A stretch of 64,000 bases of DNA from Acidimicrobiia bacterium. GTDB lineage: Bacteria > Actinomycetota > Acidimicrobiia > Acidimicrobiales > Aldehydirespiratoraceae. The notes under the pieces are model-generated. The model was not told the DNA's origin. It did no database searches and saw nothing but the letters and a program-made list of their open reading frames with translations. The DNA is taken from positions 14,089 to 78,088 of the forward strand of contig JAHQYM010000001.1 of NCBI GenBank assembly GCA_024421095.1, read 5' to 3'. A program made the translations under genes and the position numbers. The first letter of the stretch is position 1. Every line of letters starts with the position of its first letter. Of the stretch, positions 15,294 to 25,062 are shown in pieces.

Positions 15294-16538
15294 CTAACCT
15301 GGTTCTTCGGTTGGTTGGGGTGGGTATGGGAGCGGGTTGGTGTTGGCTTGTTTTAGTTTTATGGCTTGTTGGCATTGGTTTTGGTGTCTTGGTGGTGTGT
15401 TGTTCGTGCAATAATGTTCAACGGTTTGGATATCGACAACTTGAACTTTCGCGTTCGCACCGCAACCGCCGATCAATTTTTCATAATATTCTTTGTGGTC
15501 ACCGTAGGAACGGGCAGCGTAATAGTTGGGTTGGCTTATCGGGTCGATGATTACACGGTCACCGGCTTTTATCGGGCCGATTTCACCATTCCAAAGCGTT
15601 TTGGTGGTTTGGTCGTAGCGAACTTGGGGGAACGGCAAGCGAAGCATCACCGAGAGTGGATAACCGTTAGGTTCGGTTGCTTGCCAGGTGTCTCCCCAGA
15701 GCGCAGTTTGTTGCGTTGACGATGCTGTGGGAAACACCGTTACGCAAGGTTGTCTGCCGTCGTCGGCAGGATGAAACTCTCGAAAATGTATTACGCCTAT
15801 CAGTCGTGTCAATTCTAACTCCAAGTCGGGATGGTAGGGAAACATGTCGTGCAACTCAGGAAGCGGAAGCGAATCTGTCGGTGGCGGCACTCCACGATCC
15901 TGGATTCGGGTAGCGTCCTCGATCTGTTGACACAACCCACTTAGTTCATCAGAAGCCGGGTACTCGCAATCCGAAAAGCTGAGACCCTCGAAAAACTCTT
16001 CATGGAATTCACAATAGCTTCTCTCCCATTTCGTACCCGGTTGTTCGCAATTTAACGGAGTCAAACCATTCACATAGTTCCAATTCTGGGCGGTGCAACG
16101 ATTCCAAAACAAATAATCGTCATTTGCTGGTGAGGGCCCGTTGGTGATTACGCGGTCTCCAGTAACCAGAGCGATGTCGTTGTACCAAAGCGTTTCAGTC
16201 AAATGATCAAGACGAAACTCTGGATAAGTCAGTTCCAAAGCCGCACGTTCTACCTCGCCGTCACCAGCAACTTCCACCACATACACACAAGGCGGTTCTA
16301 TCACCACAACCCCAGGCACCGCATCCGCATTCCAATCCGTATTCGGATGGCCTATCCACATACCTGGCATCGAAGGCACCAACCAACTTTGGTTATCTGA
16401 GGTGTCAGGCAACGAAGGCTCCGTTACCTCGACTGGTGCAGGTGCAACCACATCCTGCGTGTCATACTCACAACCCACAGCAACCAAACCTAAACACACA
16501 AGAACCGCAACACCGAAAACAACTTGACGGTGCCGCAT
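15294..16538 (-). CDS. Cys-rich secreted lipoprotein of unknown function with an internal duplication
   Basis: Signal peptide plus lipobox (MRHRQVVFGVAVLVCLGLVAVGC). Two related modules share ...T(E/K)TLW(Y)N..I....GDRVI. ATG 16538 is preferred over 16565. Confidence 0.6.
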   Translation of the reverse strand: MRHRQVVFGVAVLVCLGLVAVGCEYDTQDVVAPAPVEVTEPSLPDTSDNQSWLVPSMPGMWIGHPNTDWNADAVPGVVVIEPPCVYVVEVAGDGEVERAALELTYPEFRLDHLTETLWYNDIALVTGDRVITNGPSPANDDYLFWNRCTAQNWNYVNGLTPLNCEQPGTKWERSYCEFHEEFFEGLSFSDCEYPASDELSGLCQQIEDATRIQDRGVPPPTDSLPLPELHDMFPYHPDLELELTRLIGVIHFREFHPADDGRQPCVTVFPTASSTQQTALWGDTWQATEPNGYPLSVMLRLPFPQVRYDQTTKTLWNGEIGPIKAGDRVIIDPISQPNYYAARSYGDHKEYYEKLIGGCGANAKVQVVDIQTVEHYCTNNTPPRHQNQCQQAIKLKQANTNPLPYPPQPTEEPG

Positions 16539-17077
16539 ACAGTTCGAGACGGGATACTCGACCATGCTAGTTTGGCCTCAAAGCGACCGAAGAGCCACGA
16601 CAATCAACGAAGCCAACGCCACTAGTTGTTTCGGTTTCTTGATCATTCTAGATGCTCCTAGCACTCGGGGACAGTTACCAAACCAAGCATTACCGAACAA
16701 TCCGACGATTGTCAAGACAAAATCAGGATTCTCGAAAGTTTGTTCTAATCTGCCAATCGGGGCTGTGGTGTTTTTGTGCGCGAGCGCGAAAAAGACGAGC
16801 CTGAGCGGTCGGGTTACCATCCACCTGTCGGCGGGTGTGCCGCGTGGACTTCGGGATGCATCAAACAACGACGACCAGTGATCACGCGTTGGTCTTGTCG
16901 CTGCTACATGGTTGGATGATGGGTCAACTGCCCACCAATAGAGCTTGCCGTGGATACTCTTGGTGTGCGGCTTCGGTTCGGTTGCTGACTATTCGGCGGC
17001 CATTGTGGCCGATTTCTTAGAGCGCCGACGGAGCCCGCCGACCCTTGCCATCGGTGTCGGTCTCAATTTGCGACTAT

Positions 17078-18559
17078 CTACGCAGATGAGACGGCGTAGC
17101 GTCGGCGGGTTCGGTGAAGGTGCAGGGCTGAGGGAATGGTGGCTGCGGCGCTGAGCGCAGCCGCCGTTGCAGCCCACGCGTAGCCTTCGCTCAACGCGTT
17201 CAGCAACCCGCGTGGAACGCCTGATGGGTCGTTGCTGAGCAAACCACGCACCGCCTCAACGTCACCCACCTGCCGATCAACGACCGCGAACGTGATTGCC
17301 GCCACCACGGCTATCCCGATGGTGAGCGAGATCGTCCTCAGGAATTGGTGAGCGCCGTTGAGTCGTCCCATCTCCGTTAGGGCGGTACGGTTTTGGAGAA
17401 GTGCAGCACCAGTGGAGGTGATAGTCCCAACACCAACCCCAAGCCAGACAAACGTCAAGTACACGATCGGCAGAACCGCGTTGAGGTGAATGACCAACGC
17501 GACCGCCGTTGCGGCCGGAAAAGCGATCAGCGAACCCAGCAAGTTGACCGTCTCCCCCCGCCAACGATCCTGAAGCCGACTTGAGAACCACGCCCCTGCG
17601 GTCCAGCCGACCGTCAAGTACAGCACCGAAAAGGCCGCGACCGTGGTGCTTTGCTGGCGTACCGCACGCACATACAACGGCAACAACGAGTTGACCCCGA
17701 CCCCAGCGGCGAGGACCGCCATAGACGTGAGGTGGACACTGCGATACTTCGCATCGCTCAAGTGTGGTAGCCGCAGGATGGGTTCAGGGGCACGCCGCGC
17801 CCAGAAACGATAGAGTAGCACGCCCAGCGGTGTTGTCACCGCGCCAACAATAATGATCCAAGGTGCTGAGGCGGTCAGGCTTAGAACGGCTGCCGTAATA
17901 ACCGCGACGAGCACGAGACCCACTCCATCGATCCGGATCTTGCCTACTCGATGGTTGCCAATGAAGGTATCGGCTGCGGTGCTTTGACTGTCGGGCAAGA
18001 CGTTCCAGCCAATCCACAGAGCAACAGCGGTAACGGGTATGTTGACCACGAAAATTGCACGCCAGTTGGCGACCGCCACCAGCGCAGCAGCCACAGCAGG
18101 CCCAGCCACACCCATCAATCCCCACACAGTTGAAATAGCAGCGAACGCTCGGGGACGAAGTTCGGTCGGCAGTGCGACACCGATCCCTGCGGTAGCCGCC
18201 GTCAATACTCCACCCGCGAACACTCCTTGAGCGGCTCGGGCCACTATCAGAGCGGGCATAGACGGAGCCGCGGCAACGACAACTGACGTAATCATGAACG
18301 CAACCGCAGCGAAACGGAACGTCTTGCGAACCCCGACACTGTCGACCATCGGCCCGGAGCCAAGCACAGCAACCGCGGCTGTCAATAACTCAATCGTGAT
18401 GACCCAAGGGAGCAAGTTGATGCGGCCGAGGTCGCCGCCTATGTCGGGGAGGACCGCGGTCGCGGCGAGATTGTTGTAGGAGACGATGGCGATGATCGCA
18501 AGCAGCGCCAACATAATTGGGCGATGGCGAGACCCCCAAAGTTTCGGTGGCTCGTTCAT
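17078..18559 (-). CDS. MFS transporter (multi-TMS, DHA2-like length)
   Basis: Highly hydrophobic ~490-aa ORF with repeated TM segments and MFS-like loops (MVDSVGVRKTF). ATG 18559 (MNEPPKLW) is preferred over 18643. Confidence 0.75.
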   Translation of the reverse strand: MNEPPKLWGSRHRPIMLALLAIIAIVSYNNLAATAVLPDIGGDLGRINLLPWVITIELLTAAVAVLGSGPMVDSVGVRKTFRFAAVAFMITSVVVAAAPSMPALIVARAAQGVFAGGVLTAATAGIGVALPTELRPRAFAAISTVWGLMGVAGPAVAAALVAVANWRAIFVVNIPVTAVALWIGWNVLPDSQSTAADTFIGNHRVGKIRIDGVGLVLVAVITAAVLSLTASAPWIIIVGAVTTPLGVLLYRFWARRAPEPILRLPHLSDAKYRSVHLTSMAVLAAGVGVNSLLPLYVRAVRQQSTTVAAFSVLYLTVGWTAGAWFSSRLQDRWRGETVNLLGSLIAFPAATAVALVIHLNAVLPIVYLTFVWLGVGVGTITSTGAALLQNRTALTEMGRLNGAHQFLRTISLTIGIAVVAAITFAVVDRQVGDVEAVRGLLSNDPSGVPRGLLNALSEGYAWAATAAALSAAATIPSALHLHRTRRRYAVSSA

Positions 18560-18625
18560 TGATGATCTAACAAAACATCGACGAGTGGTTTGATAACGGC
18601 AGGAGGGGGTGGCTTCCACATCATT

Positions 18626-18669
18626 GGCGCACGCTATCGGCAAAATCGGCGCACGCTATCGGCAAAATC
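18626..18669. repeat. Perfect 22-bp tandem duplication in the MFS upstream region
   Basis: GGCGCACGCTATCGGCAAAATC occurs at 18626-18647 and again at 18648-18669. Confidence 0.9.
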
Positions 18670-18707
18670 TACGAGCCCTACGGCCGCTACGGACCGCAGA
18701 GGTTCCG

Positions 18708-20087
18708 CTAACGGGTTTGTGAGATCGCTTGCTGGTATGCCGCGATGGTTTGCTTTCGGGCCTCGGCATGGTCAACTATCGGTGACGGGTATTCGCAATC
18801 TAAAGTAACGCCGGCTGCTGCCAAATCCAAAGGTGTTGCTTGCCAAGGAGCGTGAATATCGTGATCAGTCAATCTTGTCAACTCAGGTAACCAACGACGC
18901 AAGTGGTTGCCTTGCGGGTCGAACCGCCGACTCTGCACAACTGGATTGAAGATGCGAAAATATGGCGCTGCATCTGGCCCAGTGCCTGCCACCCACTGCC
19001 AGTTACCAGCGTTTTGGGCTAGGTCACCATCGGCCAGCATGCGCCGAAACCAACGTTCTCCCCAGCGCCAATCAACAAGCAGATCTTTGACAAGAAATGA
19101 AGCTGCAATCATTCTCAAGCGGTTGTGCATCCACCCGGTTGCTGCTAGCTCGCGCATTGCACAATCAACAATCGGATAACCAGTCATCCCGTCACGCCAA
19201 GCACAGAAACGCGCTTCGGCTTCAGGCCCCGAAGTCCATTCAATGCGTTCAAATTGGGGGCGTAGGCTCACTCGGTCAATGTCGGGGTGTTCTGCGGTGA
19301 GATGTGTGTACCAATCGCGCCACGCTAGTTGCCGAACGAAACTCGCGCCACCGTCGTTTTCGGTGTCTAAAACCTCGGCGAGGTAACGGGGTGAGACAAG
19401 ACCAAAATGTAGCGCAACTGAGAGTCGGGAAGTGCCGGCTTCAGCGAATTGGTCACGGCGGTCATGGTAGGTGTTCACACGGTTCAACCAACCTGTCACT
19501 TGATCGAGCGCCTGGCGTTCATTCCAAGAATCTGATGTTAGATCCTTAAGGGTTGCTGCGATTGTGAACTCCTGCGGGGGGTCAAGAATTTTTGCGGAAC
19601 CCGAGTAGGCAGCAGGAGGCAAAGTGGCCTGGACCCAGCGTTTGTAGAACGGAGTGAACACTCGCGACAACGTTTTGGCGGTTGTGAGCACGCTACCAGG
19701 GGGATGCACCACAGTTCCCCAATGACCGACCATTGGCACCGCGAGAGCTTGGCTTACCTTTCGATCTCGAGCCGTCGACCAACGGGTGACATCCGCGTTG
19801 ACAACGACCCTTGCGGCACCGATTTGTTCAGCAACCCGGGGGACCACCTCGGCTGGGTCTCCCACCGCAACCCAAAGCGCCGCTCCTGATTCCCGAAGTG
19901 ACTGATCCAACCCGTCCAACGCCGCTAGGTAAGCCTGTCTACGCCAACGGCCAGCCGCTGCCAACAAGGGTGGTTCAACAACCACCAACGCAGCTACAGC
20001 GTCAGCCGAGGAGGTGGCATCTGCCCAGGCGGGGTTGTCACCCAACCGCAAGTCTCGCCGAAACCACGCCAAAACCGCAGACCGCAT
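18708..20087 (-). CDS. Deoxyribodipyrimidine photolyase / cryptochrome family protein
   Basis: MRSAVLAWFRRDLRLGDNPAW N-terminus and the C-terminal FAD-binding motifs GWMHNRLRMIAASFLVKDL, NAGNWQWVAGTG. Confidence 0.85.
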   Translation of the reverse strand: MRSAVLAWFRRDLRLGDNPAWADATSSADAVAALVVVEPPLLAAAGRWRRQAYLAALDGLDQSLRESGAALWVAVGDPAEVVPRVAEQIGAARVVVNADVTRWSTARDRKVSQALAVPMVGHWGTVVHPPGSVLTTAKTLSRVFTPFYKRWVQATLPPAAYSGSAKILDPPQEFTIAATLKDLTSDSWNERQALDQVTGWLNRVNTYHDRRDQFAEAGTSRLSVALHFGLVSPRYLAEVLDTENDGGASFVRQLAWRDWYTHLTAEHPDIDRVSLRPQFERIEWTSGPEAEARFCAWRDGMTGYPIVDCAMRELAATGWMHNRLRMIAASFLVKDLLVDWRWGERWFRRMLADGDLAQNAGNWQWVAGTGPDAAPYFRIFNPVVQSRRFDPQGNHLRRWLPELTRLTDHDIHAPWQATPLDLAAAGVTLDCEYPSPIVDHAEARKQTIAAYQQAISQTR

Positions 20088-20246
20088 AGCACCCAACGAT
20101 AACGCTCGCTGTTCTCAACTTTCGGCGGTACGCAGGTTATATCTAACTGTGTGGCTGGTTCAGAGGTTGCTGAGGTTCCCCGCTCCCGTCCGCTGACCAA
20201 AACCCAAAACGCGGTTCAATGGAGAGAAATCCAATACCAGTTAGAG

Positions 20247-21323
20247 CTAGTTTTCGTGGTTGCGGTGCTGTAGGTAACCGCTGATAAACGCTTGGACGGT
20301 GGCTGCGAAGGGCAGAGCCAACAAGGCCCCAATCACGCCAAGCAACGCAGCACCTACCACCACGGCACCGAACGCTACAGCAACATGAATCTCCATTGTG
20401 TGTGCGGTTATCCGAGGCGACAACAAATAATTCTCAACTTGTTGGTACAGCGCCACCATTATCAAGACCCACAAGGCTTTACGAGGATCGTCAAGCAACG
20501 CAACGAGCACCGGCAACGCACCAGCAAAATACGTACCGATCACCGGAATGAACTGTGAAACTACGCCCACCCAAAGAGCCAACGGGATTGGAAAAGGAAC
20601 TCTAATGATCTCAAACAACACCCCGTGAGCCAAAGCCGATATCAGCGCGAGAATACTCCGCGAAAACACATAACCACCCGTTTTTTCAATCGCCAAATCC
20701 CAAATTGTCAGCAACATTTCTTGACGTTTCGGTGCTAACACACCACCAATCGCACGCCTCAACTTCGGCCCCTCCGCCACCAAGTAAAACGTAAACAACA
20801 AAACTGTAAAGGCATAAAAGATCGCATTAAGTAAAGCAGTGCCGAAGTTGACCAGATCAGCCGCGAAGCGTTCAGCCAAATTATTGATCCCGCCACCTTC
20901 AAGGAATTGCTGTTGGATAGTTTGCAAGTCGATAGTGGAATTGACATTGCGCTGCAGCCAAGCCTCAATGTCGTCGAGGTACCTTGGAGCTTCGTTGACT
21001 AAACTGTTTATCTGGTCTGCGAGTGCCGCGCCAATAGCTGTGGAAAACCCTCCCAAAGCTAGAAAAGAGCACAGATAGACGATCCATACACCCACCCCGC
21101 GAGGTATTTTCCATGCCTCCATCCGATTCACGGCTGGTTCGATAGCGAAACTAATGAAAACCGAAATCAACACCACCAACAAAAAGGAGCGCAGTGATCG
21201 CAGCGCGCCGGTGCCAATGTAAACCACCACCCACCCCAACCAGAAAAGTGCTATCGCTTTGATTACCCAGCGCGGCACTGTGGAAGAGCGCTCCGCTGAG
21301 GCTAACGTTTCGTCGGAAGTCAT
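20247..21323 (-). CDS. AI-2E family transporter (UPF0118/PerM-like)
   Basis: 358-aa polytopic membrane ORF with family-like segments (LLPFAATVQAFISGY, VSQFIPVIGTYFAG). Confidence 0.75.
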   Translation of the reverse strand: MTSDETLASAERSSTVPRWVIKAIALFWLGWVVVYIGTGALRSLRSFLLVVLISVFISFAIEPAVNRMEAWKIPRGVGVWIVYLCSFLALGGFSTAIGAALADQINSLVNEAPRYLDDIEAWLQRNVNSTIDLQTIQQQFLEGGGINNLAERFAADLVNFGTALLNAIFYAFTVLLFTFYLVAEGPKLRRAIGGVLAPKRQEMLLTIWDLAIEKTGGYVFSRSILALISALAHGVLFEIIRVPFPIPLALWVGVVSQFIPVIGTYFAGALPVLVALLDDPRKALWVLIMVALYQQVENYLLSPRITAHTMEIHVAVAFGAVVVGAALLGVIGALLALPFAATVQAFISGYLQHRNHEN

Positions 21324-21571
21324 CGCTGCGAAGAATACCCCGAATTATGAGACAATTAATTTTCAGGTTGGTTAAACGAAAACTGTTGCTAAGCTACGAC
21401 ACCTTGTTCGGCTAAGGTTCCGCTAAGGCACCTAGCCTAAACAACCGATGTCGATGCAGGCCCACGGGAACCGCATCGCAAAACCGATCCAAGCTCCGCC
21501 GGGCTCGCCCGAGCGGAGCCTTCGCGTGAGCGCTAGCTCACACCGAGCACACAACCACACAGGAAACAACT
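21324..21571 (+). promoter_or_regulatory. Non-coding leader of the ribosomal-protein cluster, with GC-rich hairpins (no rpsJ present)
   Basis: No ORF of S10 size lies in this 248-nt gap. Hairpin CTCCGCCGGGCTCGCCCGAGCGGAG at 21494-21518 and hairpin GTGAGCGCTAGCTCAC at 21526-21541. AGGAAA precedes ATG 21572. Confidence 0.35.
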
Positions 21572-22210
21572 ATGGCCAGCAAGGCGATCGTCGGCGAGAA
21601 AGTCGGCATGACCCAGATTTGGGATGACCAAAATCGGGTGATCCCAGTCACCGTTTTGCGCGTTTCGTCTTGCCGTGTTGTGCAGGTCAAAACTCCCGAA
21701 AACGACGGCTACTCCGCTATTCAAGTAACTCTCGGCCAAAAAAATGAAGCCAAACTCTCCAAACCCGAAGCAGGCCATTTCTCCTCAGCCGGCGTTGAAC
21801 CAGGTCGCAAACTTCTCGAATTGCGCCTAGACGATGTTTCGCAATACTCAGTCGGCCAACAAATCGCCGCTGATGTCCTTGAACAAGGCGAACGTGTGGA
21901 TGTGACCGCGATATCTCGCGGCAAAGGATTCTCTGGAGTGATGAAACGCCACGGCTTCAAAGGCGCGCCGGCTTCACACGGGGCTCACAAAGTGCATCGA
22001 AAGCCCGGCGCAATCGGGCAATGCGCTACCCCATCACGAGTCTTCAGGGGACGAAAAATGCCCGGCCGGGCAGGCAACGAAAAGGTCACTACCTTAAACC
22101 TCGAAGTCGTCAAAAGTGACGCCGCTGCTGAAGTGATACTGGTGCGAGGCTCCGTTCCCGGCCCCGCTGGTGGCACAGTGATCGTCCGCAACGCGGTAAA
22201 AGGTGCTTGA
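21572..22210 (+). CDS. rplC: 50S ribosomal protein L3
   Basis: MASKAIVGEKVGMTQIWDD... and the canonical position before L4. Confidence 0.95.
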   Translation: MASKAIVGEKVGMTQIWDDQNRVIPVTVLRVSSCRVVQVKTPENDGYSAIQVTLGQKNEAKLSKPEAGHFSSAGVEPGRKLLELRLDDVSQYSVGQQIAADVLEQGERVDVTAISRGKGFSGVMKRHGFKGAPASHGAHKVHRKPGAIGQCATPSRVFRGRKMPGRAGNEKVTTLNLEVVKSDAAAEVILVRGSVPGPAGGTVIVRNAVKGA

Positions 22211-22211
22211 G

Positions 22212-22847
22212 ATGGCAACAACAGTCACACTCAAGACCCAAGACGGCACCGACGCAGGCGAACTGACACTAGCCTCTTCGCTCTTCGACACCGAACCCAA
22301 CATCGCCGTGATGCACCAAGTGGTGACCGCCCAACTAGCCGCCAAACGAGCCGGCACACACAGCACGAAACGCCGCTCGGAAGTGCGCGGAGGTGGTGCC
22401 AAACCGTGGCGACAAAAAGGCACCGGCCGAGCACGCGCAGGGTCAAGGAACTCCCCGATATGGCGAGGCGGAGGTGTCGCCCACGGCCCCAAACCCCGCG
22501 ATTACAGCCAACGCACACCAAAAAAGATGATCAAATTAGCGTTGGCGGGAGCACTCTCAGACCGAGCCAACGAAGGCAACATCATCGTGGTAGACGAATG
22601 GAACTTTGAGACACCGAAAACCAAAGATGCTGTGGCCGCCCTCGACGCAATCGGTGCGTCAGGCAAGGTTCTTGTAGTGCTTGACGAAACCGACATCAAC
22701 GTCGCCAAAAGTTTTCGCAACCTAACCCACGTATCCTGTTTGCATTTCGCAGAACTCAACACTCACGATGTTTTGGACAGCGAATTTGTGGTGTTCACCG
22801 AAGCAACCCTCAACAAAGTCACCAAACAACGCGGAGAGCAACAATGA
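22212..22847 (+). CDS. rplD: 50S ribosomal protein L4
   Basis: RRSEVRGGGAKPWRQKGTGRARAGS motif. ATG 22212 directly follows the rplC stop. Confidence 0.95.
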   Translation: MATTVTLKTQDGTDAGELTLASSLFDTEPNIAVMHQVVTAQLAAKRAGTHSTKRRSEVRGGGAKPWRQKGTGRARAGSRNSPIWRGGGVAHGPKPRDYSQRTPKKMIKLALAGALSDRANEGNIIVVDEWNFETPKTKDAVAALDAIGASGKVLVVLDETDINVAKSFRNLTHVSCLHFAELNTHDVLDSEFVVFTEATLNKVTKQRGEQQ

Positions 22848-23134
22848 AAGACCATCGCGATGTGATCTTGCGCCCGGTTGTCTCCGAAAAGTCTTACCAA
22901 GAACTTGAGGAAGGTGTCTACACGTTTGTGGTCGCGCCAAGCGCCTCCAAACCTGAAATTCGCGATGCCATAGAGAGAATATTTGATGTGGCGGTTGTGA
23001 GCGTCAACACTTTGAACCGCAAAGGCAAACGTAAACGCGATAGGCGGACTAGACGCTGGGTTCAAGCCAGCAACGAAAAACGTGCCCGCGTTGCCCTCGC
23101 TGAGGGCGACTCGATAGATCTGTTCGAGGCATAA
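22844..23134 (+). CDS. rplW: 50S ribosomal protein L23
   Basis: [13 protein letters not shown]... with conserved order. 4-nt overlap with rplD. Confidence 0.95.
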   Translation: MKDHRDVILRPVVSEKSYQELEEGVYTFVVAPSASKPEIRDAIERIFDVAVVSVNTLNRKGKRKRDRRTRRWVQASNEKRARVALAEGDSIDLFEA

Positions 23135-23135
23135 G

Positions 23136-23972
23136 ATGGCCATACGCAAACGCAAACCAACTAGCCCCGGGCGCCGCTTCCAAACATCATCAGACTTCAC
23201 CGAGATCACCACCACCAAACCCGAACGAAGCCTCGTTAGCGGTGCAAGCGCCAGCGGTGGACGCAACAACTACGGACGCAAAACCTCACGGCATCGCGGC
23301 GGCGGACACAAACGCCGCTACCGCTTGATCGACTTCAACCGCAGCAAAGACGGAGTCCCGGCCACCGTCGCGTCAATCGAATACGACCCAAACCGCACCT
23401 GCAACATTGCACTACTGCATTACCACGACGGAGAGAAACGCTACATTCTGGCACCTCGCGGCATGCAAGTAGGCGACAAACTGCAATCTGGCAAGGGGGC
23501 CGACATCGGTATAGGCAACGCGCTACCGTTGCGCTATATCCCAGTCGGCACCGTGATACACAACGTGGAACTAAAAGCCGGTGCCGGCGCCCAACTAGGC
23601 CGTTCAGCCGGTGCTGCGATCAACTTAGTCGCCAAAGAAGGCGAGTTCGCTACCTTACGCTTACCGAGCAGCGAGATGCGCCGCGTGCCCATCGACTGCC
23701 GTGCCACGGTAGGAGAAGTCGGCAATGCCAGCCATGAACTCTTGAAGATTGGCAAAGCGGGACGCAACCGCTGGAAAGGCAAACGCCCACAAACTAGAGG
23801 CGTGGCTATGAACCCGGTCGATCACCCACACGGCGGCGGCGAAGGCAAGACATCTGGTGGCCGCCATCCAGTATCGCCTTGGGGTAAACCAGAAGGTCGT
23901 ACCCGTCACAAGAACCAACCATCCGACAAACTAATCGTGCGCCGCCGCAGAACGCGCGGATCGCGGAGGTAA
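23136..23972 (+). CDS. rplB: 50S ribosomal protein L2
   Basis: [15 protein letters not shown]... and [16 protein letters not shown]. Confidence 0.97.
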   Translation: MAIRKRKPTSPGRRFQTSSDFTEITTTKPERSLVSGASASGGRNNYGRKTSRHRGGGHKRRYRLIDFNRSKDGVPATVASIEYDPNRTCNIALLHYHDGEKRYILAPRGMQVGDKLQSGKGADIGIGNALPLRYIPVGTVIHNVELKAGAGAQLGRSAGAAINLVAKEGEFATLRLPSSEMRRVPIDCRATVGEVGNASHELLKIGKAGRNRWKGKRPQTRGVAMNPVDHPHGGGEGKTSGGRHPVSPWGKPEGRTRHKNQPSDKLIVRRRRTRGSRR

Positions 23973-23977
23973 TCCTT

Positions 23978-24256
23978 ATGCCACGCAGTCTCAAAAAGGG
24001 CCCTTTTGTTGATGAGCATCTTCTTAAGAAAGTGGATGCCTTAAACGAAAGTGGAACCAAGAAGGTCATCAAGACTTGGTCGCGGCGCTCAACCATCATC
24101 CCCGATATGGTGGGGCACACAATCGCCGTGCATGACGGACGCAAACACGTGCCGGTGTATCTAACCGAATCTATGGTCGGTCATAAACTCGGGGAGTTCG
24201 CCCCAACTCGCACTTTCAAGTTCCATGCCGGTCAAGAACGAGGAGCACGCCGCTAA
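23978..24256 (+). CDS. rpsS: 30S ribosomal protein S19
   Basis: [12 protein letters not shown]...[16 protein letters not shown]. Confidence 0.97.
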   Translation: MPRSLKKGPFVDEHLLKKVDALNESGTKKVIKTWSRRSTIIPDMVGHTIAVHDGRKHVPVYLTESMVGHKLGEFAPTRTFKFHAGQERGARR

Positions 24257-25062
24257 TGACCGGCCCCAAGACCAACGAACGTGCTGGTACCCGAGCGACA
24301 GTCAAACACGTACGAGCCTCGGCTTCCAAAGCCCGAGAAGTACTAAACCTAATCCGCAACCAACCCTTCAGGCAAGCCGAGGAAATATTAGACTTTTCTG
24401 AGCGCGGTGTGAGCCAAGAAATCACCAAAGTACTCAATTCGGCTGTCGCCAACGCATTCCACAACGACCGGTTAGACCCCGAAGAACTATTTGTTTCAGC
24501 CTGCTACGCCGATGAAGGAATCACCTTGAAACGTTCTCGGCCGCGCGCCCGTGGCCGTGCAACGCCAATACTCAAGAGAACCTGCCACATCACGGTGATC
24601 TTAGACCGCTATGACGAAGACACACTTGAAGCGATGCAAAACCGCGCCGCGGCTGGGGGTGGCGCTTCAAGCAACGCGGCACAACAAAGGCGGCGCCGAG
24701 TGCAAAGAAGTCGCCAACGCCAACATGCGAGCGAGCCTGAGGTTGAAACTGCCGCCTCGCCTGAACCTGAGCCCGAGGCTACAGAGCAATCTGTGAACAC
24801 GACCGAGGCTGCGCTAGACAAAACAGCTGAGCCCGAAACGGCAACTGAGTCTGAAATGCCAACAGAGTCTGAAATGCCAACAGAGTCTGAAATGCCAACT
24901 GAGGCGCAGATGCCCACTGAGGCTGAAATGTCACCTGCGGCCGCAACATCCACTGATGCCGAGATGCCAACTGAGTCGGTGGGCGCAACAGCCACAGCCA
25001 CAGATAGCACTGCAACCGAAGACCAACACAAGCCCGCCAAAAGCAGCGGAGAGGAAACCTGA
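24256..25062 (+). CDS. rplV: 50S ribosomal protein L22 with a long acidic, repeat-containing C-terminal extension
   Basis: The L22 core ([21 protein letters not shown]...[23 protein letters not shown]) is followed by about 140 extra residues including ESEMPT repeats. Confidence 0.9.
   Translation: MTGPKTNERAGTRATVKHVRASASKAREVLNLIRNQPFRQAEEILDFSERGVSQEITKVLNSAVANAFHNDRLDPEELFVSACYADEGITLKRSRPRARGRATPILKRTCHITVILDRYDEDTLEAMQNRAAAGGGASSNAAQQRRRRVQRSRQRQHASEPEVETAASPEPEPEATEQSVNTTEAALDKTAEPETATESEMPTESEMPTESEMPTEAQMPTEAEMSPAAATSTDAEMPTESVGATATATDSTATEDQHKPAKSSGEET
24847..24972 (+). repeat. In-frame 18-bp tandem repeat (ESEMPT units) inside the rplV tail
   Basis: GAGTCTGAAATGCCAACA repeats perfectly or near-perfectly three times (24847-24900), followed by degenerate units GAGGCGCAGATGCCCACT, GAGGCTGAAATGTCACCT and GATGCCGAGATGCCAACT. 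Confidence 0.9.

Noticed and set aside
16564-16881. Overlapping 105-aa plus-strand and 96-aa minus-strand ORFs in the 0.5-kb gap between the lipoprotein and MFS genes
   Set aside because: Neither has a recognisable motif, a convincing RBS or a clear coding bias by eye. This could be a decayed gene. It is left unannotated.
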